This document shows, piece by piece, positions 41,430 to 50,793 of a stretch of DNA of 64,000 nucleotides. The notes below the pieces were generated by a model, which had not been told where the DNA came from, did not search any database, and worked only from the letters and a program-made list of their open reading frames with translations. The number at the start of each line of letters is the position of its first letter. The first letter of the stretch is position 1. The stretch covers positions 48,097 to 112,096 of the forward strand of contig DASWXP010000002.1 in assembly GCA_036405415.1 (NCBI GenBank), read 5' to 3'. The stretch comes from Minisyncoccota bacterium. GTDB taxonomy: Bacteria > Patescibacteriota > Minisyncoccia > Phycocordibacterales > Phycocordibacteraceae. The position numbers were made by a program, and so were the translations under genes.

Positions 41430-42347
41430 CTAGAGCCACTTCTTGAGCCGGAAATACGTGAAGAGAGACAGTCCGGCGAAGACCATAAGCCCGAGCACCA
41501 GCCAGAAGCCGTGCTCCAGGTGTACGATCGGCATGTTCTCCGCGTTCATGCCGAAGATGGACGCGATAAGGGTGAGCGGAAGCGCTACGAACGCCATGAC
41601 CGTGAGCGTCTTTGTCACCTGGTTCTGGCTCGCGGTGAGCAGGGAGTCGTTCGTGATGCGGAGCTCCTGCGCGACGGCACGAAGCGAAGACACGAGGGAT
41701 GCCGCGTGGATGCGCCTCGCCTCGATGTGCGCCGTATGCTCTTCGAACGAGGAGCCGAAGAACTGGGGGGTGGCGAGCGCCGCGAGGAAGTCCGCGAGCG
41801 GCTCCTTGTGCCGGGCGAGCGCGGTCTCAAAGCGCAGCAGGACGCGCCCTGCTTCTGATATCGTGCGCACCGCATGCTGCTCGCGTCCGGAGAAGATATC
41901 GCGCTCGATGCGCTCGAGGCGCTTTCCCACCTGTTCGATCTCCGTGCTGATGGACGCGTAGAGGCGGCTTATGACGCGCTCGAGGAAGGCTCCGGTCTTC
42001 ACGGTATGTTCCGGGATATTAAGTAGCTCCTCGGCTTCGAGGATGCGGTGCAGGTTATGGAGCGACTCAACCGGCTCGTATCGGGCGGTTATGAGGAACT
42101 GCTTCCCGACGATGAAGTCAACCTCCTGCGAGCGGGTGCCGTCTTCGGACCCCGCTACCGGGAAATGGAGGATGAGGTAGGTATAGCCCCCGAACGGGAT
42201 GGTGAGCGGGTAGGGGGTAGGGGTCGCGATCTCCTCGTGGATACGCTCGTCGATATCGAACTCGCGCATCACGAGCGCGAGCTCCTCTTCCGTCGGGGAT
42301 TCGAGGTCTACCCAGACGGTCTTGCCGCGCATGTGCCTCGTTATCAT
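41430..42347 (-). CDS. corA: CorA-family Mg2+/Co2+ transporter
   Basis: WVDL..P, C-terminal TMs with FGMN. Confidence 0.88.
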   Translation of the reverse strand: MITRHMRGKTVWVDLESPTEEELALVMREFDIDERIHEEIATPTPYPLTIPFGGYTYLILHFPVAGSEDGTRSQEVDFIVGKQFLITARYEPVESLHNLHRILEAEELLNIPEHTVKTGAFLERVISRLYASISTEIEQVGKRLERIERDIFSGREQHAVRTISEAGRVLLRFETALARHKEPLADFLAALATPQFFGSSFEEHTAHIEARRIHAASLVSSLRAVAQELRITNDSLLTASQNQVTKTLTVMAFVALPLTLIASIFGMNAENMPIVHLEHGFWLVLGLMVFAGLSLFTYFRLKKWL

Positions 42348-42427
42348 CGCTATTCAGTATACGGCGCATGCGCGCCATGAGCGCTTCATCAGCCGTGGAT
42401 AGAATGTGCGTGATAGAATGCACGCAT

Positions 42428-43678
42428 ATGCAAGAAGAAGAGGTACAGGCTTCGAAGCCTGCATTTGCCAGGATCGCAAAGCTCGGCATCGCGTTCGCGC
42501 TCGTGCTCGCCATCGGCTTTGCCGGAGGTGTCGCTGCAGGCGCGGAAGGGAAGAGCGTATTCTCCAATCTCCCGATCCTCGGAGACGGACTCGACGCCAC
42601 TCCCGATTCAGAAGCGGACCTCACTGATTTCTGGAAAGCATGGAACGCGCTCGATCAGCGATTCGTAGAGACTCATGCGACGGGCACGCCGCCATCGATC
42701 AAGGAGAAGCTCTGGGGCGCTATCCAGGGCCTTGCGGCGTCCTACGGGGACCCATATACGGTATTCATGCCGCCGAGCGAAGCCAAGCAGTTCAAGGACG
42801 ACATCAGCGGCAACTTCGAAGGCGTGGGCATGGAGGTGGGCGTGAAGGACGGCGTGCTTACCGTCATCTCGCCGCTCAAGGGAACGCCGGCTGAGCGCGC
42901 GGGCCTGCGCTCAGGGGACGCGATCCTTACGATCGACGGCACCTCGACTGACGGGCTCTCGACCGACCAGGCCGTTAAGCTCATCCGCGGCAAGAAGGGA
43001 ACGACGGTCGTGTTCAATATCCTGCGCGAAGGCTCGGTATCCGAGATCTCCGTGGTGCGCGATACCATCGCGGTCCCGACCATCGAGACGTCTGAGGAGA
43101 GCGGAGTGTTCATCATCTCCTTCTACAGCTTCACCGCCAACTCCGCGCAGCTCTTCTCGAAGGCGGTGGCAGAGTTCCGTGCGTCCGGCTCGAAGTCCCT
43201 CATCGTAGACCTCCGCGGCAATCCTGGCGGATACCTCGAGGCCGCGGTCTCGATCTCGAGCCACTTCCTTCCGAAGGGCGCGGTCGTGGTAACCGAGGAC
43301 TTCAAAGGAAAGCAGGAGAACGTCGTGCACCGCAGTCGCGGCATCGGCGGGCTTCCGGAGGGCACGAGGGTAGCGATCCTCATCGACCAGGGATCCGCAT
43401 CAGCCTCTGAGATCATGGCCGGCGCGCTCCAGGACGGGGACGCGGCTACCCTCATCGGCGCCAAGTCCTTCGGAAAGGGCTCGGTGCAAGAGCTCGTCGA
43501 GATCAACGGCGGGGCGCTCAAGGTTACGATCGCACGCTGGCTCACGCCAGCAGGGCAGTCCATCTCGGACGGCGGCCTTACGCCGGACATCGAGGTCAAG
43601 CGCACCCGTGAGGACGCTGAGGCCGGAAGGGACCCCCAGAAGGCTCGCGCTATCGAGTTCCTCACGACCGGGCGCTAG
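42428..43678 (+). CDS. ctpA: Carboxyl-terminal processing protease (S41)
   Basis: DPYT, PDZ, DLRGNPGG, SASASEI, GKGSVQ. Confidence 0.93.
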   Translation: MQEEEVQASKPAFARIAKLGIAFALVLAIGFAGGVAAGAEGKSVFSNLPILGDGLDATPDSEADLTDFWKAWNALDQRFVETHATGTPPSIKEKLWGAIQGLAASYGDPYTVFMPPSEAKQFKDDISGNFEGVGMEVGVKDGVLTVISPLKGTPAERAGLRSGDAILTIDGTSTDGLSTDQAVKLIRGKKGTTVVFNILREGSVSEISVVRDTIAVPTIETSEESGVFIISFYSFTANSAQLFSKAVAEFRASGSKSLIVDLRGNPGGYLEAAVSISSHFLPKGAVVVTEDFKGKQENVVHRSRGIGGLPEGTRVAILIDQGSASASEIMAGALQDGDAATLIGAKSFGKGSVQELVEINGGALKVTIARWLTPAGQSISDGGLTPDIEVKRTREDAEAGRDPQKARAIEFLTTGR

Positions 43679-43730
43679 ATAGTTCTGAAATGCGAAACGC
43701 CGGGATCAAGAGATCCCGGCGTTCTTCGTC

Positions 43731-44126
43731 TCAGCCGTACGGATAGCCGTCATACGGCGGCACGGGCCTTCCGGTGAGGATTGCCGTCAGAGCCGTGTGG
43801 GCGGACTGTTCGAGCCAGGGCTCAGAGACCCGGTTGGCAAACCGGATCGCTCCTTTCATCTGGTTGAGAGGGAAGAGCTTCGGATAGACGTACGGCATCT
43901 TTACGGCACGTCTTCCAGAAGGCCCGATGATGCGTGCCTCGGTCGAGACCGCCCATGCACCGATGAATGGAAGGTAGTGCAAACGAACGGGTCCATGCGT
44001 TTTCGTCGTGCGGACGGTCCAGCTCGAAAGATTGCCTCGTTCATCCAAAACCGCCCTGTAGGCATCGAGCTTTTCGAGGACCGCTTTATCCAGAGGAAAT
44101 AGCGGGTACTGTATAACTTCAGACAT
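43731..44126 (-). CDS. Hypothetical orphan protein
   Basis: CAGGAG SD before MSEV; ends at terminator at ~43694-43724. Confidence 0.55.
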   Translation of the reverse strand: MSEVIQYPLFPLDKAVLEKLDAYRAVLDERGNLSSWTVRTTKTHGPVRLHYLPFIGAWAVSTEARIIGPSGRRAVKMPYVYPKLFPLNQMKGAIRFANRVSEPWLEQSAHTALTAILTGRPVPPYDGYPYG

Positions 44127-44220
44127 CGCTGTCTCCTGTTCAGGTCTAGGATGAATTAACCACCAAAGCTGCTTGTGGTCAATTTGCTGTATCATCGTCC
44201 GCCCGGTACGATGCCTATAT

Positions 44221-44646
44221 ATGAAAGTCGTACTACTCAAAGACGTTAAGAACACGGGACGTGCTGGCGCGGTTATCGAGTGCTCGGACGGTCATGCCCT
44301 CAACTTCCTTATCCCTCGCAAGCTCGCTGCTCCGGCAACCGCAGCGAACGTAAAGCAGGCAGAGCTCCGTGCGCAGCAGGACAAGGACCGCCGCGCGCTC
44401 GATGTGAAGCTCGTCGAGGAGCGTATAGCGTCTCTCGCAGAGGAGCGCATCGTCATCAAGAAGAAGGCGAACGAGAAGGGTCACCTGTACGACGCGGTCG
44501 ATGCCGCTGACATCGCGAAGGCAACGGATCTTCCGGCAGACGCGATTCGTATCGAGAAGCCGTTCAAGGAGACCGGAACATTTGATGTGCCGGTTGCGGC
44601 AGGGGAGGGCTTCGGAAAGATTTCCATCGTTATCGAGGCTGAGTAA
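44221..44646 (+). CDS. rplI: 50S ribosomal protein L9
   Basis: MKVVLLKDV, GHALNFLIP. Confidence 0.95.
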   Translation: MKVVLLKDVKNTGRAGAVIECSDGHALNFLIPRKLAAPATAANVKQAELRAQQDKDRRALDVKLVEERIASLAEERIVIKKKANEKGHLYDAVDAADIAKATDLPADAIRIEKPFKETGTFDVPVAAGEGFGKISIVIEAE

Positions 44647-44703
44647 CCTTGAGTGCACAGAAACCAAAAGCGGCGCGTCCTTTCGGGCGCGCCGCTTGCG
44701 TCG

Positions 44704-45270
44704 TCAACGAAGAAACGACCTGTTCGGAAGAACAAATGACCAGATTCTTGACCAGATGGATTTCCGGAACGTGTGAACACGCCTCTTCCTAAACATTCTG
44801 CCTAAGAAGCGTGCGGTCTGCTTGCCGAAGAGTCCCCAATACAGGATTCCGGTAACAAGGAACCCGATCATACAGAATATGATCACGATGTCGCCTGGAT
44901 AGCGTCGGATATATCCGGTCATGCTGTCTTCTTGCGCGCCCAGATAGAACTCCGTGTACACCCTATGCTTATTAGCCTGGGTTTCCAGAGATCCCGTCAG
45001 AGTCGCGATCTGCTCGTCCTTTTGTGCGAGCACGGCCTTGTTGCTGACTTCCCGCTCACAGAGGTATTCGACAGTCATGCCCTCAAAGACCGGCTCCCCG
45101 AACACGATGGTCCCGATCCGGAGGCTTTCCGGATCGATTCTCGGTCCGGCCGGGTCGTGCATGAGGTATTCCTTGCAGGACTCGAGAGTCATGGATTCTT
45201 GCGCGACCGCTGGAGCGGCAATAAGCAGCAGCACGGTCGCTGCGCCCACTGCCGTAGCTTTTTTGTGCAT
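44704..45270 (-). CDS. Surface protein: signal peptide, ectodomain, C-terminal TM, basic tail
   Basis: AVA-Q signal site, TM near C-terminus, AGGGGG SD. Confidence 0.6.
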   Translation of the reverse strand: MHKKATAVGAATVLLLIAAPAVAQESMTLESCKEYLMHDPAGPRIDPESLRIGTIVFGEPVFEGMTVEYLCEREVSNKAVLAQKDEQIATLTGSLETQANKHRVYTEFYLGAQEDSMTGYIRRYPGDIVIIFCMIGFLVTGILYWGLFGKQTARFLGRMFRKRRVHTFRKSIWSRIWSFVLPNRSFLR

Positions 45271-45522
45271 ATGTTCCCCCTAAAGAACAAAAGGGACTCG
45301 ACGTCCCGTGATTGAAAACTTGGAGCAGTATGCAATGAAATTAGTGCTGGTGCAACGAAATGCTTCATAAACGTGAAAAGGCCGCCCTGGTGGGACGGCC
45401 TTCGAAATGTTCTATCGCAAGACTGCTTATGCTGGACCTCTGCCAACTCCTCTCCGTCGTTGCCTTCGGAAGAACGCACCCTTTCAGGTACGTAGCGCGG
45501 ATCGGCGGCCCGGAGCCCTGAA

Positions 45523-46131
45523 TCATTCAGGGGGCGGACGCGAAGCTTGCGGAGACGAATCTTTGAAAGGGCTTACCAGCGGATACTCGCGATGCGAACC
45601 GCGGAGCACGCGCTTCGCTTCATAGCGTTGTGCGGACTTCTTGCTCTGGCGGTAGAGCCAGAAGATGAACAGGGCGAATGCCACGAGAGTTATCAGTGTG
45701 TACGCCAGGACTTCACTCATCCGACCGCTCTTCTCATCCAGCGATTCCTTTTCATATTTCTCGTGGTCGGCCACGTCTCCTGAGGCAGTAGTGCCTATTG
45801 GGCTCGGCGCCGGATGCGTTTCCGTCTTGGGCGTAGCAGCTGCTGCTGCCTGCTCCTCGAGATGCTTCCGGCACACGTTCCAGACGATGTCGCCTTTCGT
45901 GAAGGTATGGGACTTGCCGCAGACCATGAGGGTCGTCGGCGGGTCGATGCTGATCTGACGCTCGTAGACGAGGATCTCGGCGGCGTCGAGGCGGTTGGCG
46001 GTCGCATACGCGGCGCGCCATTCGTTGACGCCGTCGAGCACGTCGGCGTTAGTGACCTTCGCGTGGGCTTGGGGAGCCCAGACGAAGAACAGAAGGGCGA
46101 AGAACGCCCCGATATAAGCCTTGAAGGACAT
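45523..46131 (-). CDS. Surface protein: signal peptide, ectodomain, Pro/Thr linker, C-terminal TM
   Basis: AHA-K signal site; TTGCTT-N17-TATTAT promoter; AAAGGG SD. Confidence 0.65.
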   Translation of the reverse strand: MSFKAYIGAFFALLFFVWAPQAHAKVTNADVLDGVNEWRAAYATANRLDAAEILVYERQISIDPPTTLMVCGKSHTFTKGDIVWNVCRKHLEEQAAAAATPKTETHPAPSPIGTTASGDVADHEKYEKESLDEKSGRMSEVLAYTLITLVAFALFIFWLYRQSKKSAQRYEAKRVLRGSHREYPLVSPFKDSSPQASRPPPE

Positions 46132-46278
46132 GACTGTCCCTTTCTTGCGATAGTGTGAATGATCAAGGGTCCCGTGTGGCAGCAATCCCTGCGCCACTCG
46201 ACCCAGGCTCATATAATACAACTTTTATGGAATAAAAGCAAATCGCCGCGAGAGCGGCGATTTGGGAAGGAGAGTGGC

Positions 46279-46557
46279 TTATGCCGGGACGACGTCTACG
46301 ACCTTCTTCGTGACAACGCGGCCGTCGAAGTTGGTCTTGCGGCGGTTGCGGAAGGCGACCTTGCCTACGACCATCGAGTAGAGGGTGTGGTCATGACCGA
46401 CCTTCACGTTCTTGCCGGCCTCGATCTTCGTGCCGCGCTGACGGACGATGATCATTCCTGGGCGGGCTGCCTGGCCGTCAGCGAGCTTAACACCGAGGTA
46501 TTTCGGGTTTGAGTCGTTGAGGTTTTTTGCTGATCCACCAGCTTTAGTACTTGCCAT
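46279..46557 (-). CDS. rpmA: 50S ribosomal protein L27
   Basis: MASTKAGGS, LGVK, IIVRQRGT. Confidence 0.97.
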   Translation of the reverse strand: MASTKAGGSAKNLNDSNPKYLGVKLADGQAARPGMIIVRQRGTKIEAGKNVKVGHDHTLYSMVVGKVAFRNRRKTNFDGRVVTKKVVDVVPA

Positions 46558-46580
46558 ACGGTATAATCTTTACGTTGTTT

Positions 46581-46991
46581 ATGACTATAGCAGAGCTCCT
46601 GGGGAGAGGCAAGGCTCTACTAGGCCGTATTCCGGCTGATGCGCTGGTCCTCGTAGCCCTCATTCTCGCCTCCACGCTCTCGTTCGGAGCCGGGATACTG
46701 GTGGGGAAGGATCTGGAGCGGGAGAAGGCAGGGAACTGGTTCTGGATCGAGCAGCTGCCAGAGGGGACGCTCGGTCCTGCCGCCGCTATCGAGGCGCTTC
46801 CGAAGAAGGAAGCGGTATCGGTTGGATCCTCGTCCGGGACCTATGTGGCCTCGAAGAACGGCACGAAGTACTACCTCCCGAGCTGCGGGAGCTCTAAGCG
46901 TATAAAGGAGGAGAATAAGGTGTGGTTTAAGACGAAGGAGGAGGCAGAAGCGGCTGGGTACGGTCCGGCCGCGAACTGCCCGGGGCTCTAG
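46581..46991 (+). CDS. Membrane protein with C-terminal Ada-like metal-binding domain
   Basis: YVASKNGTKYYLPSC...I...N..WF...EEA..AGY. Confidence 0.8.
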   Translation: MTIAELLGRGKALLGRIPADALVLVALILASTLSFGAGILVGKDLEREKAGNWFWIEQLPEGTLGPAAAIEALPKKEAVSVGSSSGTYVASKNGTKYYLPSCGSSKRIKEENKVWFKTKEEAEAAGYGPAANCPGL

Positions 46992-47003
46992 TACAATAGA
47001 GGT

Positions 47004-47609
47004 ATGATCGTCCTTGATGTTGAGACCACGGGTCTCGTGCCAGAAAAGCACTCCATCCTCTCCTTAGGTGCGGTGGATCTCGACGAGCCTACCAACCAGT
47101 TCTACGAAGAATGTCAGGTATGGGAGGGTGCAGATATCTCTGATGAGGCACTTGCAATCAACGGGTTTACGCGGGAGGAAGTAGTAGGACAGGGACGCGC
47201 GAAGCAGTCCGAGGCAGCGCTCATCGCTTCGTTCGTCGCGTGGGCTACCGACCGGCCGAAGGACCGTACGCTCGCCGCGCAGAACGTATCGTTCGATCTC
47301 GAGTTCGTTCAGGCAGCGTGCAAGCGCGCAGGTATCGAAAGTCCCTTTGGTAAGCGCACGCTCGACGTGCATACGCTCACCTGGCTCCATATGACTTCGC
47401 GCGGGATCGTGCCGCCTGTCGCGAAGCATCACTCCGCCATCAATCTCGATGCCGCGCTCGTGTACTGCGGCCTTCCAGGGGAACCGAAGCCGCATAACGC
47501 GCTTACGGGAGCGCTCTGTCACGCAGAGGTGATCGCGCGCATAGCGTATACTAAGAACCTACTACCAGACTTCAGTACCTTTCCGATTCCATGGGAGACG
47601 AGCCGATAA
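47004..47609 (+). CDS. DEDDh 3'-5' exonuclease (DnaQ-like)
   Basis: LDVETTG, QNVSFD, HNALTGA. Confidence 0.88.
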   Translation: MIVLDVETTGLVPEKHSILSLGAVDLDEPTNQFYEECQVWEGADISDEALAINGFTREEVVGQGRAKQSEAALIASFVAWATDRPKDRTLAAQNVSFDLEFVQAACKRAGIESPFGKRTLDVHTLTWLHMTSRGIVPPVAKHHSAINLDAALVYCGLPGEPKPHNALTGALCHAEVIARIAYTKNLLPDFSTFPIPWETSR

Positions 47610-48385
47610 TCACCACACCGACTACCAGCCTCTACACGCCGGACGAAGGAAAGCCGGAGCCTGCGCGCGATCGCGAGATGGGCAACATGCTCGTGCGCGC
47701 GATCGAGGAAGGGAAGCAGGTGGTCCCGGAGAACCCGGCGCCCTTGGTATGCAAGCCGCAGCAGCTTGAGAGCTGGCGGGTGTTCAAGATCATGGCCGAG
47801 TTCGTGGACGGCTTCGACCTCCTGAAGAAGTACGGCCTCACCGCCACCTTCTTCGGAAGCGTGCGCACGCAGCCGGGAGAGCCGGCATATGAGGCGGCGC
47901 GCGAGCTTGCGGGACGCCTCGCGAAGGCAGGGTACGCGATCGTAACCGGCGGGTCTGCCGGCATCATGGAAGCGGGGAATCGCGGCGCTCATGAGGCAGG
48001 GGGCGCATCTGTCGGCCTCAATATCCGCCTCGCGGACAATCAGGCGAATAACGAGTACCTTACAGACAACTTCATCTTCGATCACTTCTTCGTGCGCAAG
48101 GTGATGCTCGCGTTCGCGTCCGAAGTCTACGTGTACTTCCAGGGAGGATACGGGACGCTCGACGAGTTCTCTGAGATCGTCACCTTGGTACAGACGAAGA
48201 AGATCAAGCCGGTGCCGATCGTGCTCTACGGCAAGGAATTCTGGGATCCGATCGTGACCCTCTTCAGGGAGCACCTGCTCGGGAAGTACGGCACCATCAG
48301 CGAAGAGGATCTCGCGCTCTTCCAGGTGGTAGATTCGGTCGACGAGGCGTTCGAATACATCAAGAAGACCGTCACGGCCTGCTAG
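47591..48385 (+). CDS. LOG-family protein (lysine decarboxylase-like/phosphoribohydrolase)
   Basis: TGG..GIMEA.NRGA, FFVRKVML, GGYGTLDE. Confidence 0.92.
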   Translation: MGDEPIITTPTTSLYTPDEGKPEPARDREMGNMLVRAIEEGKQVVPENPAPLVCKPQQLESWRVFKIMAEFVDGFDLLKKYGLTATFFGSVRTQPGEPAYEAARELAGRLAKAGYAIVTGGSAGIMEAGNRGAHEAGGASVGLNIRLADNQANNEYLTDNFIFDHFFVRKVMLAFASEVYVYFQGGYGTLDEFSEIVTLVQTKKIKPVPIVLYGKEFWDPIVTLFREHLLGKYGTISEEDLALFQVVDSVDEAFEYIKKTVTAC

Positions 48386-48424
48386 CCTATGGGACTCGAC
48401 TACAGCCAGAAGCGCCTCGTGTCG

Positions 48425-48547
48425 ATGGCTCGGCACACGAAAGGGAACAGTAAGCACGCGAAGCGTCTCAGGCTCTATGCCTTCCTTACGGGCATCATGG
48501 GTCTTCTGATATCCCTCGTGCAGCTCTATGTCGTTGCCACGCGCTAG
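48425..48547 (+). CDS. Small membrane peptide A (40 aa; alternative start 48389)
   Basis: MARHTKGNSKHAKRLRLYAFLTGIMGLLISLVQLYVVATR*; similar to the next ORF. Confidence 0.6.
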   Translation: MARHTKGNSKHAKRLRLYAFLTGIMGLLISLVQLYVVATR

Positions 48548-48569
48548 CGCGTGGTATCCTCTTAGGCAT

Positions 48570-48695
48570 ATGGCACGGAGCAGGAAGCGCGCTAAGAAAG
48601 GAAAGTTCGAGCTCGAGGTCTACGCGTTCTGGACCGGATTCGCGAGCACGCTCATAAGCCTTCTTCACGTCATCCTCATGGCGACAAAGGGATAG
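48570..48695 (+). CDS. Small membrane peptide B (41 aa)
   Basis: MARSRKRAKKGKFELEVYAFWTGFASTLISLLHVILMATKG*; TATCCT -10 box 9 nt upstream. Confidence 0.65.
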   Translation: MARSRKRAKKGKFELEVYAFWTGFASTLISLLHVILMATKG

Positions 48696-48707
48696 TAGAT
48701 GCGACGC

Positions 48708-48911
48708 ATGAAGCATCTCTACAGCATCACGAAACCGCAGCTTATTACGCTATGGGTGTTCGGTGGCGTGGCTACGTTGTGGGCGATTGATAAGGCGACG
48801 TACCTGCCGTACTCGTCATCGTTCACGTTCACCGAGTTTGTCGGTTGGGTTACGCCGCTCATACTTTTCCTCTATACGTTCGGATGGTGGGAGAAGCAGA
48901 AGAAGAAATAG
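48708..48911 (+). CDS. Small 2-TM membrane protein
   Basis: Two hydrophobic segments and basic tail; terminator at 48913-48940. Confidence 0.6.
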   Translation: MKHLYSITKPQLITLWVFGGVATLWAIDKATYLPYSSSFTFTEFVGWVTPLILFLYTFGWWEKQKKK

Positions 48912-48955
48912 GAAAGGGCCGGAGATTTCCTCCGGCCCTTGTCGTTGTCCGTATT

Positions 48956-49126
48956 CTACGGGCGTCTGGATGCGCCGGTGACGAAGTCACACAGCTCCAT
49001 CACCAGGAAGATGATGCCGAGGATGACAAGCACCAGAAGACCCGGAGGATCGCTTTCGTTGTCCAGCGTCTCTTCGGCACCAGCAGGCGGTCCTTGAAGG
49101 GTAGTGGGGTCATACTCTGCTGTCAT
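48956..49126 (-). CDS. Small single-TM orphan protein (56 aa, not in ORF track)
   Basis: AGGGAG SD; MTAEYDPTTLQGPPAGAEETLDNESDPPGLLVLVILGIIFLVMELCDFVTGASRRP*. Confidence 0.55.
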   Translation of the reverse strand: MTAEYDPTTLQGPPAGAEETLDNESDPPGLLVLVILGIIFLVMELCDFVTGASRRP

Positions 49127-49138
49127 GAGCTTCTCCCT

Positions 49139-49363
49139 CTACGAGACCGTTGCGCTGCGATACAGGCGCCGACCGATTTCTCCTGCAGCAATGCAGAGGA
49201 GCGCGGGGAAACCTGCTGTCCGGGCTGGAAGCCCGAGCCACAGGAAGCCGATGGCGAGGGCCGCAAGACCCGCGCCTGCGAGAATCATGAGGATGACGCC
49301 TCCAAATAGCCGGGCCGTCATGAGATGCATCTCACTGGTTTCAGACTCGGGGTTCATGTGCAC
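49139..49363 (-). CDS. Small 2-TM orphan protein
   Basis: TATAAT -10 box, GGAG SD, two TMs. Confidence 0.55.
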   Translation of the reverse strand: MHMNPESETSEMHLMTARLFGGVILMILAGAGLAALAIGFLWLGLPARTAGFPALLCIAAGEIGRRLYRSATVS

Positions 49364-49506
49364 GCTCCAATGTTCAGATGAATACTGTGTGGATTATACC
49401 ATGAGAAATTACGATTAGGAAGTATGTGATTAGACAACATAAGTTAAGGGGTGGGGAAGCGAGGACTTTATTTTGTCTTTATTACTGTGAGGTAGGATTT
49501 GGGTAT

Positions 49507-50115
49507 ATGGAACTAGACCCACCAGTAATCCAGGCGCTCATTATAGCGACCACCACTTCTACTAACGATCTGCAAGTTCAAACGGCACTTTTGACCGGTT
49601 CATTTATAGTGCTCGGCGCTGCGGTTTCAGCACTTGCCACGTATTTAACGATGAAGCATCAGCAAGTTGCTGCAAACAAAGCTGCATCAGATCAACGTCT
49701 TTTTGATGCGCGTCGTATCGCGTACGGAGATGCGTTCTCGGTGATCAGTTTTTCAATCAATGAGCGGAATAACGGTCGAAGATATCCTGAACGTTCTACT
49801 GACCCAAGCAATAGAGAAGCAAATGATCTGATGGCACGACTATCCCTTCTATCATCTCAAGAAATGTCAGAACCATTAAGGCTTATGTTTGGTTACTTAG
49901 CCAGTCTAATTCCAGATACTGATGAAGCTAAAAAGCAAGACATGATTCAAGGGACTCTTTTATGGCAGAATCTGTTGTATGCCATGCGAGAAGATTTGCA
50001 TGGAGACGGCACTTTTTTACCAAATATTGTCCCTACTCCAGAGGGAGAGACCGTAAGGGAGACTGAAGACTCTACGGTGGTAACTGAGTCGTCGAGTCGA
50101 GATACCGGCCATTAA
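49507..50115 (+). CDS. Hypothetical single-TM protein
   Basis: TM followed by helical domain; start MELDP 8 nt after TAGGAT. Confidence 0.6.
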   Translation: MELDPPVIQALIIATTTSTNDLQVQTALLTGSFIVLGAAVSALATYLTMKHQQVAANKAASDQRLFDARRIAYGDAFSVISFSINERNNGRRYPERSTDPSNREANDLMARLSLLSSQEMSEPLRLMFGYLASLIPDTDEAKKQDMIQGTLLWQNLLYAMREDLHGDGTFLPNIVPTPEGETVRETEDSTVVTESSSRDTGH

Positions 50116-50793
50116 AAATTCCCAATCTTTCCAAATTGTAGACAGGGAAGTGGCCTCTCCGGAGGCTTCTTCCTTTACCTCTAAAAGCACTCCCCCGGAC
50201 TCAATTTCGGGATTTCGGGGAAGTGGTCCGAAATGCTCTATTTCGCGCGCACGAAACTTTCGCAGGAGAAATCCCAGAGAGCCGGCCGGTGAGAGATTCC
50301 TATAAAAGAGTCTAAAGGGAAGTAGAGGAGTCTATGAATCGGAAGCCTTAAATGAACATTTTCAGCATTCCCGGATTCTATAGAAGTACTTCGTACAATA
50401 TATCTTTTACGCAGCACTTCTACAATACAGCGAGAAAGTGGGCCGTATTCGTTCTCGTGATGATCTCGGTCTCCGCTCGTCTAAGTAGATATATGTTCCG
50501 TACAAATGTCATTCAACCTATATGGAATCACATCTATCTACTCCTAAATCATCATCTAAAATATCCTCAGTGACACTTCCCCGATTACTGATAATGAGCC
50601 GGGGGAGTTATCTGTAAAAGAGAAAGAGTAGCCCCTCCCAGAAGTTACTTCCCTGCCAAATCAAGCATTGAAGTCTTTGTAGTTCAGTCTCCCCAGGTCT
50701 TTCAGACTCTTGAACTGGTCCTTGAGAATAACGGTGAGGAATCTATTGAATCTTAGGTAGAAGCACAGTAGGATCCTGAGCAGCTTCTTAGGG

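Noticed and set aside
50352-50573. 73-aa ORF in the island spacer
   Set aside because: No motif or initiation signal and composition looks non-coding; probably spurious.
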